Of a stretch of 64,000 nt of DNA, positions 23,498 to 34,739 are shown piece after piece; within the stretch, counting starts at the first letter, position 1; each line of letters starts with the position of its first letter. Below the pieces are notes generated by a model. It ran no database searches, was not told the DNA's origin, and saw nothing but the letters and a program-made list of their open reading frames with translations. Source of the DNA: Scenedesmus sp. PABB004 (lineage: Eukaryota); assembly GCA_014905635.1 (NCBI GenBank), contig JABVCE010000003.1, positions 434,001 to 498,000 on the forward strand, written 5' to 3'. The position numbers and the translations under genes are program-made.

Positions 23498-26344
23498 TGC
23501 CGCCGGGCTCAGGGCCCCAGCGCGGCAGCACCAGGTGCGTCGTCGCGCGGCCGAGCTTGTCGCAGCACGCGCCGCCGAGCAGCTGCACGAGGCGCGCGAT
23601 GATGGGGCGCTTCGCCGGCTCGTAGCCGCTGGGCGTGACGCGCACGCCCGCAAAGCCCGCGAGCGGCAGCGCGTGCCGCAGCGGCGCAAACAGCGGCGCG
23701 CGCGGCGTGATGCGCAGCAGCTGCCCCGACTGCGGCGTGGCGGCAGCGCGCGGGCGGTGCGTCGGCGCCGGGCGTCGGCGCCGAGCGTCGGCGCCCGCCC
23801 CGCCCGCCGCCCGCCCTGCCCGCCTGCCCCTCGCCCGCCCTGCCCGCCCGCCCCTCCCCGGGGCGCCGCGCCTTGATGCAGTGCTCCATCCACGCCGCCG
23901 TCACGCGGCAGCTCGGGTGCACGACGCGGAAGCTCGAGTCGCTCTGCATCAGCGCCGCCTCCGCCGCCGGCGGCAGCGCGTGCGGGCAGACGGCAAACAC
24001 CTTGGGGCAGCTCGGCGGCGGCTTCACGCTGTTGGCGGTGAACACCTGCCCGCCGTACGTCCTGCGGGGCGCGTCGCGCAGGTGCTGTCCAGCCGAGCCG
24101 GGCCGGCCCGGCGGCCGCCGGCGCAGGCAGGGCGGCGGCACGGCGCGCCGCGGCACACACGCACGCACGCGCGCCGCACCTGATCCAGCCCAGCGCGCGC
24201 TCGTGGTCGACGCAGCTCTCGCCGCTCTGCAGCGCGACGAGCGTGAAGTGGCAGCCCTCAAACACGCGCAGCCGGTCGGCCGGCTGCGCCGTCCAGTACT
24301 CGGGCACCCAGGCCGCCGCCGCGGCCGCCTCCTCGGCCGCCGCCGCGCTCGCGGACGTCGCCGCCGGCGCGGGGAAGCCCGCGCGGCTGGCGCTCGCGGA
24401 CCTGCTGAACACGCCGCCGCCGCCGCCGCCCGGCGCGGCGCCCGGCGGCGGCGGCGGCGGCGCGGCGCCGTACGCGCCGGGCAGGCTGTCGGCGCCCAGC
24501 AGCGCGGCGAGCGGCCCCCGGGCGCGCCCGAGCCGGCCGACGCGAGTGCCGCGCCCGCGGGCGCGCCCGCCGCGACGTGCTGCAGCAGGCTGTTGAGGTT
24601 GAGTCGGCAGCGGCCGTCCGGCAGCACCAGGCGCTGCTCGGCCGCGCAGAGCGCGAGCCACATGGGGCTCACCACGTCCACGCGCCGCGCCGCGCCCGCC
24701 AGGTAGCTGCGCACCGCGAGCAGCTCGGCGGCGCTCGCCGCGCTGCCGATCTGCGGCGGCGGCGGCGGCGACGTCGCAGCACGCGGGGCGCGCTGAGCGC
24801 GCGGGCGGGGCGGCGCGGCGTGTGCGGCCGTGGCCGGCGGGCGCACCATGATGTGGGTCACGCTGTCGCAGAGGTCTGGGTAGCGCACGCCGGCGTGGAG
24901 GTGCAGCGCGTGCTGCAGCTCCGCCTCCGCGCTGCCGGGCGGGACGCCGCACCACCAGAGCACCACGCGCTCCAGGAACATCGGCGCGTCGTCGCCCGAC
25001 TCGAGCGCCGCCGCGGCGGCCTGCTCTGCCGCGGCGGCGGCGTCGCCGCCATCGCCGTCGCCGGCGTCGCTGGGCTGCAGCTCGCGCGCGCCGGCGGCGC
25101 CGCGCGAGCGCGCGGCGGAGCGCGTCTGCCGGGCAGGCGCCGCGGCGCGGGGCTCCGCCGCGGCGCCGTCGGGCTCTGACGGGTGCGGGCGCAGCACGGG
25201 CAGCAGGCTGGCCGCGGGCGCTTTGTGCGTGAAGGCGTCGCCCAGCGCGGCCGGCGCGGCAGGCTCCGACGGCGCGGCCGCCGCGGGCGGGGGCGCCGCG
25301 CCCGCGGCCTCCGGCACGGGCACCTCCCTGCCCACGCACGCGGGCGGGCGCGGCGTGCGTGAGCGGGCGGGCGGCGCTCGCGCGCAGAGCCCGGCGCCGC
25401 GCCCGCGCCGCCGCCGCCGCCGCGCGCACCCCGGCTGCAGGCGGTACAGCTCCTCTGCCGCGGGGTAGCCCTGCGCGATGCTGTCCAGCACCCACGCCTC
25501 GCGCACCAGGAAGCACGTGCCCCACCCCAGCGCCGCCCTGCGGCGCGCGCCGCCGCGCGGGCTCGGCCGCGCCGCCTCGGCGGCGGCGGCGCGGCGCGGC
25601 GCCGCGCGCAGCGCGCAAGCATACACCGCGCCGCCGCACCGGTACTTTGGCCCCGCGGTGGACTTGCAGACGAGGTGGGTGCAGCGGTCCTTGTACAGCT
25701 CGGCGCTGAACACGGCGCCCGCGGCCTCGACGCGGCGCTGCAGCGCGGTGCGCTCGGGCGCGCCGAAGTTTGTGATGCTCAGGTTGAGCCCCGTCAGCGG
25801 CCGCGCCTCAAACGGCCGGCAGTCCACCTGCGCGCGGGGCGGGGCCGCCGGCGTGGCGCGTGGGCGCGCGCGTGGGCGCGCGCAAGGCGGCGGCGGCGGC
25901 GCGGGCCCGGGGGTCAGCCAACCCGGGCGAAGCCCGCGCCTGCTTGTTGCGCTTGGCGCACTCGTCGACCCAGTCGCGCGTGACGCTCGGCACGGACGCG
26001 CCGACATGCTTGCGCGCCTCCTGCGCGCGGCGGCGGCGCGGTTGCCGGCGCCGCGCGTGGCGCTGTCGGCAGCGGCGCGTGCGGCAGCGGCGGCGGCGGC
26101 GGCGCACCCGGTAGACGCGGTCGAGCACGGTGGCCACGACGATCACGTTTGGCACCTGGCGCTGCCCGAAGCGGCTGGTCACGCGGCCCCCGCCCTCCTC
26201 GACCTGCTTGCGCAGCGCCTGCGCTTCCGCCGCGGGGAAGCCGCAGAGCAGCACGAGCGTGCTGCTCGCCCAGGAGTACTTGGGCGTGTGGTGGCCGGTG
26301 GTGCTGTCGCTGTCCACTCCCGAGCCGCCCCGAGAGCTCTTCAT
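21749..26344 (-). CDS. Multi-BRCT protein, TopBP1/MEI1-like
   Basis: Several BRCT repeats: VLLCGFP...GGRV...VTRDWVDEC; PLTGLNLSITNF...THLVCKSTAGPKY...VREAWVLDS; VTHIM...VVSPMWLALC; VFEGCHFTL...VTAAWMEHC; GFAGVRVTPSGY...TTHLV...VASEWLLECAAEGRRLPEAGF; C-terminal SQQVGYD. Confidence 0.8.
22847..22908 (-). repeat. 18-bp coding tandem repeat (QQAPQE x3)
   Basis: gcctgctgctcctgcggt repeated three times on the + strand, inside the last exon of the BRCT gene. Confidence 0.8.
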
Positions 26345-26623
26345 CGCGCGCCGGGCGGGCAGCTGTCCGCGGTGGCACCGCGGCGGGCGGCGGCGGATGC
26401 GTGCACGCTCGAATTCAGGCGCCGCCGGTCGGGCGCGCCATCGCGGGCGGCAGGCGCGCGGTCGGCGAGGGCGCGGCACACACAACGGCGGGGGCAGGGC
26501 CGGGTGGCAGCTGGGATGGCAGCGCAGCGAGCGTTCGGCGGCGGTTGAGGGCGCAGCGCTCGGCGGCCGGGCGGCAGCGGCGCGGTCACAACTTGCCGCC
26601 ACAGCAGCCCTCGGCCCGGCCCC

Positions 26624-29366
26624 TCAATCGTCGGGGTACTGCGCCGCCAGGGCGGCGTTCGGCACCAGCACGCCGGCGAAGCAGTCGAAGAAGCGGCCGA
26701 GCACCTCCGGGCGCAGCGCCGGGCCGCCGTCATGCAGCGCCGGCGGCGCCCAGCGCCCGAGGTCGGGCTCGGCCTCCGGCTCCCACCAGCTGGCCGCCAG
26801 ACGGCGCAGCGCGCGCGCGCGCGCCGCGGGCGCGGCCGCGCGCGCGGCGGCGCGGGCGTCCTCGGCCGGTGCGCGAGGGTGCGGCGCGTAGCTGAGGCTG
26901 AGGCTGGCCTGCGGCACGCTGGTCAGGGTCCCGTCGGGCGCCAGCAGGACCGCCGTCTGCGCGCGGACCGCCCCGCCCGCGCCGCCCAGCTGCACCTGCG
27001 ATCGGCGCGCACGGGCGAGAGTAGAGGGCGGCGCGTCAGGGCGCCGCGCGCGGCCGGCAGGGGCCCCGCCGCCCCCACCCACCGCGGCGAGCTGCTCCTC
27101 CAGAGGCGCGGCCTCCGCCTCCGCGCTCCAGCCCACGACGACCATAGCGCGTGGCGCGCGGGGCCGCGGACCTCGAGCAGCAGGTCCCCCACGCGCAGCG
27201 CCGGCGCCGGGAGCTCGCCGCGCCGGCGCACGCGCGCGGCCGCCGCCTGTAGCCGCTGCTCGGCGCGCCGCATCGCCGCCTCGATCTGCGGCGGCGGCGG
27301 TCGGGCGGTCGGCGCGCCGGGCGGTCGGCGCGCCGGGCGGTCGGCGCGCCGGGCGGTCGGCGAGCGCGCGGCGCGGCGCGAGCAGCCGCCGTGGCGCGGC
27401 GGGCTGCCGCCGCCCGCGCGCACCTGCACGCTCCACAGCCGCAGCGGCATTGGCAGTGCGTCGGCGAACCGCTGCATAAGCAGCAGCTCGCCCGGCGGCC
27501 CCGGCTCGGCCCCGATGCCGACGGCGCGGGCAAAGTGCATGAACAGATCGGTGTCGCGCGGCCCGCTGCACGCGAGCGGCGCGGCGCCGCAGAACGCGAG
27601 CGCGAGCGCCGCGGCCTGGCCGTCCAGCGCGCCCGGCGGCGGCTGGTCGGCAGGCAGGCGCGCGGCGGTCACCGGCGAGCGCGCCCGGTGGAGGCTGTGC
27701 AACAGGTTGGCGCACATGCGCCTGACAAACGCGGGAAGGCGCAGCGGCGGCGTCGCGCTGCGCAGCGCCTGCGCGTCGAGCGCCGCGCCCTGCAGCGCGG
27801 CCGGCACCGCACGCGCGACGATCTCGCTGCGGCGGCGGCGAGCGCGGAGGGCGCGTGAGCGCCTGCGCGCGAGCCGCCGCGCGCGAGCGGCCGTGCGCGG
27901 CGGCGGCGAGCGCGGCGGGCGCGTGAGCGCCTGCGCGCGAGCCGCCGCGCCGCACCCGAGGCCGCGGTCGTCCAGCTCCGCGCCGCCCGCAAACACGTCA
28001 ACGTACACCCAGCGCGGCTCGGCGCCGCCGAGGCGCGCGCGCGTGACGACGTGGCCCGGAAGGTTGACCAACTGCAGCGTCAGCCCGCCGCCCGCGCCGA
28101 CGGCAGCGTGCAGGGCCGCGAGCGTGATGGGCAGGCCCCGGCGGCGCGCGAGGACGCAGCTGAGGAGGCTGTTGCGGGGGTCGTAGTACGTCTGCCCGTC
28201 GCCCTGGGCAGCCGTCCGCAGCACGGGGCGCGGCGTCGGCGCGCGCGGCGCGGCACAGCGCGGCGCGGCGCGGCGCGGCAGAGGCGCACCCGCAGCCCCA
28301 GGCCCAACGCGCCGTCGCGCGGCACGGCCACGCCGCGCAGGCACGGCACGTCGGCGTGGGGCGCCCGCTCCGGCGGCGCGGGCCCCGCCGCGGCCTGCGG
28401 CTCTGGCTCCGGCGGCGCCGGGCCAAACAGCAGCTGGTTGAGCAGCTCCACTGCCTGCGGCGGGCGCGGCGGGCGCACTGAGCCGCCACCCGCCGCGGCG
28501 CGGCCGTGCGGCCGCACCGCCGCCGGTCGCGTGCGCGCGCGCGCCAACGCCGCGCACCCTGCGGCTGCCAGGCGCGGCCTGCGCGGCCGCGAGGCGGCGC
28601 CGCAGCTCAGCGCCGAGTTCGTCCACGAGCCGCCGCACGGCGCCGACGTCGGCGAGCGGCTCCAGCGCCGCGTTGAGCTGCAGCGCCGCCTCCAGCACGG
28701 CACGCGCCTCCGCGGCCGCGGACTCGGCGTCGCTGCCGCCCGTGTCGGCGCCCGCGTCGCCGCCGGCGTCGCCGCCGGCGCCGGCGTCCGCCAGCAGCTC
28801 GCGCAGCCCCGCGCCGGCGCGCGCGCCCGCCACAAAGTGCAGCGCGAGACGCGCGCGGTGCGCCAGCCCCAGCGTCAGGCCGCCGCCCGCCATGCGCGCC
28901 GCGGCCGTGAGCACGTCAAGAGCCGTCTCTCCTGCCGCCAAAATCTCCCCGAGCGCCGCCGCCTGGCGCGTCGGCCAGGCGACGTCGTCCAGCAGCTCCA
29001 GCACGCGGCAGTCCTGGCGGTGCCGGCGCTGGTACGCGGCGCGCCAGGCGGCGGGGCCTGCGGCGTCGGCCGGGCGCGTGCCAAACGCCCAGCACCCCCA
29101 GCGCGCGTCTGCGCGCGGCCGCCACTCGCGCTCGGCCGCCCTGCTCCGCGGCGGCGGTGGCGGTGAGCGGCGGCGGTGGCGGTGCGGCCGGGCGCATGGC
29201 GCACCGCAGGCCGCGAGCGCCGGGCGGCTGCGGCAGCGGCGCACCGCCGCCACGCGCGGCAGGCGGCCGCGGCCCGCAGGACGTCCGCCATGGGCAGGCG
29301 TGCGAACACCAGGCCGAGAGAGTCGTCCGGCAGCGAAACTGCCGGCGGCGCCGCGTCCGGCTCCAT
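26624..29366 (-). CDS. F-box protein with SirB1/transglutaminase-like domain and degenerate YccV-like C-terminus (FBXO21-like)
   Basis: F-box SLPDDSLGLVFARLPMADVLRAAAACRAWRR; GDGQTYYDPRNSLLSCVLARRRGLPITLAALHAAV...VNLPGHVV...YVDVFAGG...VRRMCANL; LRVGDLL...VVVGWS...HPRAP...LGRFFDCFAGVLVPNAALAAQYPDD*. Confidence 0.82.
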
Positions 29367-29644
29367 CGATCGGCGCGGCACGCGGCGGCGCGCTCGGCGC
29401 TGCGTTGCGGGGCCGGCCTGCCCAGCAGCGGTGCGCGCTCGCGGGGGCACCGGGCGTGGCACGATGAGGGGCGTGGCGCGCCGCCGGGGCCGGGCGCTGC
29501 GCCGCGTGCTGCTGCCGCGCGCCGCTGCCGCGCGCTGCTGATGCTGCCCGCGGCGCATTGGCGGCAAGGAGAGCCGGCGGCAAGCAGATCGCCCCTGGCG
29601 CAGTGGCGGCCGGTCGGCGGCGCAGGGCGCGGCGTTTCAACCCG

Positions 29645-31031
29645 TCACGAGTCGGGCGCCGCCAGCAGCTCGGCCTTGATCGCCGCCGCCTGCGCCGCCT
29701 GCGCCGTCGCCGCCGCCGCGGACGCGGCCGCGTCGCGCGCCGCCGCGCGCCGCTGCTTGACGCGCGCCTCCCACTGCCCGTAGTTGCGGAGCTTCGTGCG
29801 GAAGCTCCGGTTGGCGGGCTTCATCACGTCGCGCAGCCGCCACTCCATGCGCTCGCCTGCGCGCGCCGCGCATCGCATCGCACCACGGTGGCGGCGGCGC
29901 GTCGGGCGCCGCCTGCGGGCGTGCGCGCGGCCAGTGCGCGCGCGCCGCGGCGGCGGCGCGCCGCACCCGTTGACGCGAGGTACTCGAGGCGCATGAGCAG
30001 GTCCGCCGCGTCTCGCAGGAAGTAGGCGAGCAGGCTGGGGCTGATGCTGTCAAAGTCGGCCGCCCACTCGGCGCGCGTGTAGCAGAGCGCGCGCAGCCGC
30101 TCCACGTGCCCCGCGAGCCGCGCCGGCGGCGTCGCGACGACGGCCGGGTACTTGACCACCAGGAAGCGCACCTGAGGGTGTGTGGGGTGTGTGTGGGTGG
30201 GCGGGTGTGGCGTGTGGGCGTGGGCGTGGGTGGGCGTGTGGGTGTGGGAGAGGGGGAGGGAGGGCGCGCGCGTCGGGGGCGGCGGCAGGCGCGCGCGCCG
30301 CCGCGCCGCGCGCCGCGCCGCACCTGCTGCGCGCTGAAGCCCGTGAGCCGCGGCAGCGCGTCGTGCCGCGCGCGCAGCTCGCCCGGCGCGAGCAGCAGCA
30401 GGTCGGGGCACTTGCGCAGCAGCTGCGGCACGTCGGCGTCGCGCACGCCAAACGCGTCGCGCGCGTGCTCCGCGCGCGCGCGCAGCTCCCCAAACTCCAG
30501 CGTCAGCAGGCGCGGCTGCTTGCGGAGGTAGTAGAGGGTTAGTTCTTTGCCAAAGTGGGCGGCCATCGCCTCGACGAGCGCCGTCATGTCGGCCACGGTC
30601 GCGGGCAGGCTCGGCAGCACGCGCGCGATGCGCACGGGCAGGTTGGGGAAGCTCAGCACGTTCTGGACCAGCGCCTCCACCTCGAGGCAGCGCACGTCGT
30701 CGCAGGCACACGGCGACGGGCACTCGGCGCGGCGGTACTTGTAGCTCCATTTCACGCCGCCGCCGCCGCCGCCCGGTGCCGCCGCCGCTGCTGCGGGCGC
30801 GGGCGCCGGCGCGGGCGCCGGCGCCGGCGAGCCGGGCGCCTGCTGCCCCGCGCCCACCGGAGGCGCCAGGCGCCGGCGCGGCGCGCGGCCCGCCAGCGGC
30901 GGCGCTGCTGCTGCTGCTGCTGCCGGCGCCGCTGCTGCTGCCGCCGCAGCGCGGGCTGCGGCTCGGCATTGATGTGCCAGCTGCTGCGCGGGCTGCGGGG
31001 ACCGCAGTCCGCCGCCCAGGCGCGACTGCAT
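29645..31031 (-). CDS. mTERF-like organelle-targeted protein
   Basis: Ala/Arg-rich transit-peptide-like N-terminus; repeats LRKQPRLLTL, LLRKCPDLLLL and LVVKYPAVVAT, typical of mTERF motifs; LLMRLEYLA...LRDVMKP; two introns. Confidence 0.65.
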
Positions 31032-31385
31032 CCCGGCCTGCGCGCCTCAGTGGCGCGGGCTGCTCGGATGCGGACTCGCGCCCGGCAGGCTCGTACGCGT
31101 GGGGCCGGCGGGCGTGGGGCTGGCGGACGGCGGAACCGCGATGTCTGAATGGCGGGGGCGACCGGGCGCGGCGCCCACAAGAGATCCGCGCGCCGCCGCC
31201 GCCGCCGCCGCCGGTCTGAGCCCTGCGCGACGGCAGGGCCCCCACGGCGCAGGCCGAGCCCGCAGCCCCGGCTGCGACCACGCCAACGAACTGCACGGGC
31301 GGGCGCTGGCGCGGCGGCGGCGACAACGTGCCCGTTTCCTTGCGGCGCGCGGCAACACGCCGCCCGGCCGGCTCTCCGCGGCCTC

Positions 31386-33684
31386 TCACGTCAGCCGCAG
31401 CCGCACGCGCAGCGGCGCGCTCAGCTTTTTGTCGTTCACCGTCAGCACCGCCGCGGCGTCGCCGCCCAGCAGCTCTGCGACCGGGCGCGCGAGGTTTGGC
31501 CGCGTGTCGGCCTCAAACACGCCGCGCGCGTAGAGCTGCGTCGCGCCGTGCGCGACGCTCGGGTGCGCCAGCAGCTTGCCCAGCGTCGGGTGCGCCAGCA
31601 TCGCATCAATGACCTGCGCGGCGCCGGGGGCGGCGCGCCGGTGGGGCGGCGCGCGCGCCGGCGGGGCGCGGCGCGACCCAGGCCCCTGCGGCCGCCCGCG
31701 GCCCGGGGCGCTGCGGCCGCACCTGCTGCAGCGTTGACCCCGCCGGCGCGCACAGCTCGATGCCGGCGCTGCACACGGGGCACTGCGGGTCGCGCTCGTA
31801 CGCGACCGTGTGCGTGTAGATGCCCTGCGAGCCGGTGTACCTGCGCCGCGGCGGCGCGCGGCGCACCGGCGCCGGGGGGCGTCGGCGGCGGCGCGCGGTG
31901 CCAACCGCCGACCCCTGGCCGGCCGGCGCCGCGGCGCGCGGGTCTGCGGGCGCGGCGCGGCCGCATGCTGGGCGCGCTGCGCGCGTGCCGCGCCGGCGGG
32001 GCGCACATCATGTAGTTGTTGAGCCCCGTGCTCGCGAGCGTGATGACCTTGAGCGCCTCGAGCACGCACGCGGCCGACACGATCGCGTTGGTGCTCGCGA
32101 TGGCGGGGATGATGTTCTTCACCACGCCCTGCGCCAGCGCGTAGCTCACGCCCTGCCGGCCGGGCACGCGGCGACGCGCGGCGCGGGCGGTGCGGCGGGC
32201 GTGGGCGCGGCGGCGAGGCAGGGACACGGCGCGGGCGGCAGGGGCGGCGCGAGGGCGGCGGTGAGGCAGGGGCGCGCGCGCGCGCGCGCCTGTATGCCGT
32301 GCTGCTGCGCGCGCGCGAGGGCGTGGTTGTAGACCCAGGTCATGTGCTCCTCGTTGTCGGCGTCAAACTCCTCGCCGCCGCGGCTCTGGCTCCACAGGAT
32401 GAGGTGCGCGTACTCGATGCAGTGCGCCGGCGTGCTGCGCCCCACGCCGGGCACGGCGGCCGCGGCGGCGCGCGCGGCGGGGGTGCGTGGGCGGCGGGGC
32501 CGCGGCGGCGCGCGCGGCCCGCCGGGCGGCCCGGCGGCGGCGGCGCCACAGCGCCTGGCGCGCGCCCGCTCCCACGTGCGTGGCGCACCGTGGCGTCTCG
32601 GCGAGTGTGCAGAGCGGGAACCTGACCTGCGGGGGGAAGAGCCAGAGCGTGCACTCGAAGCACGGCGTCACGCCGGGCAGGATGACGCGCGCGTGGCCCT
32701 TGAAGCCCTCCGTGCCGCCGTCCACGAGCGGCTTGATGCTCGACGTCACCGTCTCGCCGGCCTCGTCAAACTCTGGCGGCGGCACGTGAGCAGCGCGCGG
32801 CGTCGGCGCGCGGCCGCGCGGCGCGACCGCCGCCGCTGGCGCCCCGGCCGCGCGCGGCGCGGCGGCGGGCCGCGGGCGCCGCGCACCGAGCAGGCTGCAC
32901 GCGACGCTGTTCATGTGCCGCCGCGCCTCGAGGCTGTCGAGGCCGAGCACGATGAGCGTGAAGCCCCGGTAGAACTCCAGGTCCATGTCCTCGATGCGCC
33001 CGTGGTGCGGCGTGACCTGCGCGGCGGCGCGGCGGGGCTGGGGCCGGGCCGGGGCGCGGAGGCGCAGGCGGCCCCGCCGCACGCGGCGCGGCGGCGCGCA
33101 GCCGGGCCGCCCCCGGCGCGCGGCGCGCGGCGCCGCGCCTTGACGCCCGGCACGCGCGCGTTGATGCGCTCCGCCGCGACGACCGCCTTGGGCTGGCCCA
33201 CGTCCTGCATCCTGCGCGCGCGGCGGCGGCGGCGCGCTGAGCGCGGCGCCCGCCGCGCGGCCGCTGCGGCGCGGCCGCCGCCGCTCGCTGCGAGCGGACT
33301 GCCGCCTGGCGTCCCCAGGCAGCCGCTGCCAGCAGCCGCCGGCGCGGCGCGGGCCCGCGGCGGGCACAGCAGCGGCGGCGCTGCTGCGGCGCGGCGCGCG
33401 CGCCTGAACAGGAACTGGCGGTTCAGGTTTGAGACGTCGATGGTGTCCATGTCGATGACGTGGATGTCCACGAAGCCGGAGAGCGCGAGGTCCTTCAGGA
33501 TCTCGCAGCCCAGCCCGCCCGCGCCGATGCACAGCACCCGCGCGTCCTCCTGCAGGAACTCGCGCAGCTCCGGCCCCGCCTCGAATCCCGGGCCCACCAG
33601 GTTGCCGCCACGGCGCAGGAGCTTGTCCAGGTCAACCCACCGCTCGTCGGCGGCGGCGGCAGCGGCAGCGTCGTCGGTCTCCAT
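31386..33684 (-). CDS. UBA3: NEDD8/RUB-activating enzyme E1 catalytic subunit (UBA3/ECR1)
   Basis: [88 protein letters not shown]|..[31 protein letters not shown]. Confidence 0.95.
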
Positions 33685-33872
33685 CCTGACCCGGAGGAGG
33701 ACGCTCAACAGTGCGGCGCGGCTCGTGCCTGCCCTGCAGCAGCCTGGGCTGGGCGGGCCTCATTGGGATAGGGAGGGGCGACGCGGCGGCGGCGGGAGAC
33801 GGGCGGCCGGGGCGCAGGGTGTGGACCAGTGGCGCGCTGAGCCGTGCATCGGTGGCGCCGCGCCGCCGATGC

Positions 33873-34725
33873 GTCGGCGCCGCCGCTGACGGCGGCAGCG
33901 CCGCCGTCGCCGCTGTGCTCGGCCGCGAGGTCGAGCGGCTGCAGCGCGCGGGCGAAGCAGAGCTTGCGCTGCCTGCGGCCGCGGAGCGGCGGCGTGCCTG
34001 GCAAGCGGGGAGCGGCTGCGCGCAGCGGCGCCGGCGCCGGCGGCGCCGCGGCGGCGCCCAACGCGCCGCGCAGCAGCGGCGCCGCCCCGCCCCGGCCGGC
34101 GCGGCGCGCGCCCGGCCCGCCGGCCGCGCGGGGGCGCTCTGCCGCTTGGTGGCGCCCACCTGGACGCGTCGGCCGGCCCGTCCGGGCCGGGTGGCAGGGG
34201 TTGGTCTGGGTCATGCTCGGCCATGACCGAGACCGCGCGCCCCGCAGGAGCGCGCGGCGGCGCGGGCGACGTCACCCCGCGCAGCCCGGGCCCGGGCGCT
34301 GTGCGTTACACGTCCCCGCAGCGCGCGCCGCGCGCCACGACCCCAGCTGCCCGCGCGCGGCGGTGCAGCAGCAGGGCCCGGCGCCGGCGGGGGCGGCGGA
34401 TGGACGTGCGGCGCGGCTCGGGAGCTGCTCCAAGACGCGCAACGCCACATCGGCGGCACGCGCCGCCCCTGCAGCGGCCTGCGGGCGCAGGGACGCCTGC
34501 AATCGCGCCGGGTTTGGTTGGCCCTGGCGCCGCACAGCCGGCGCGCCGCCGCCCGTCGCGGCCCGATCGGCGCTCGCGCGAGCTCAGCGGCCAGCCCTGG
34601 GAGCCCCGCCGGCGCCGCCGCCGCGCGTGCAGATCAGGCCCGCGCGGCAGCGCCCGCCGCGGGCGCTGCCGGACGGCCGGGCGCCGAGAGCGCGCCGCTG
34701 ACCGGCGCCCGGGGCCCGCCAGCAT
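33873..34725. repeat. 853-bp direct repeat, copy 1
   Basis: Matches 36409-37261 at a constant offset of 2536, with four substitutions seen (34433, 34545, 34603, 34659). Confidence 0.95.
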
Positions 34726-34739
34726 TGGCTCGCGCGTTG

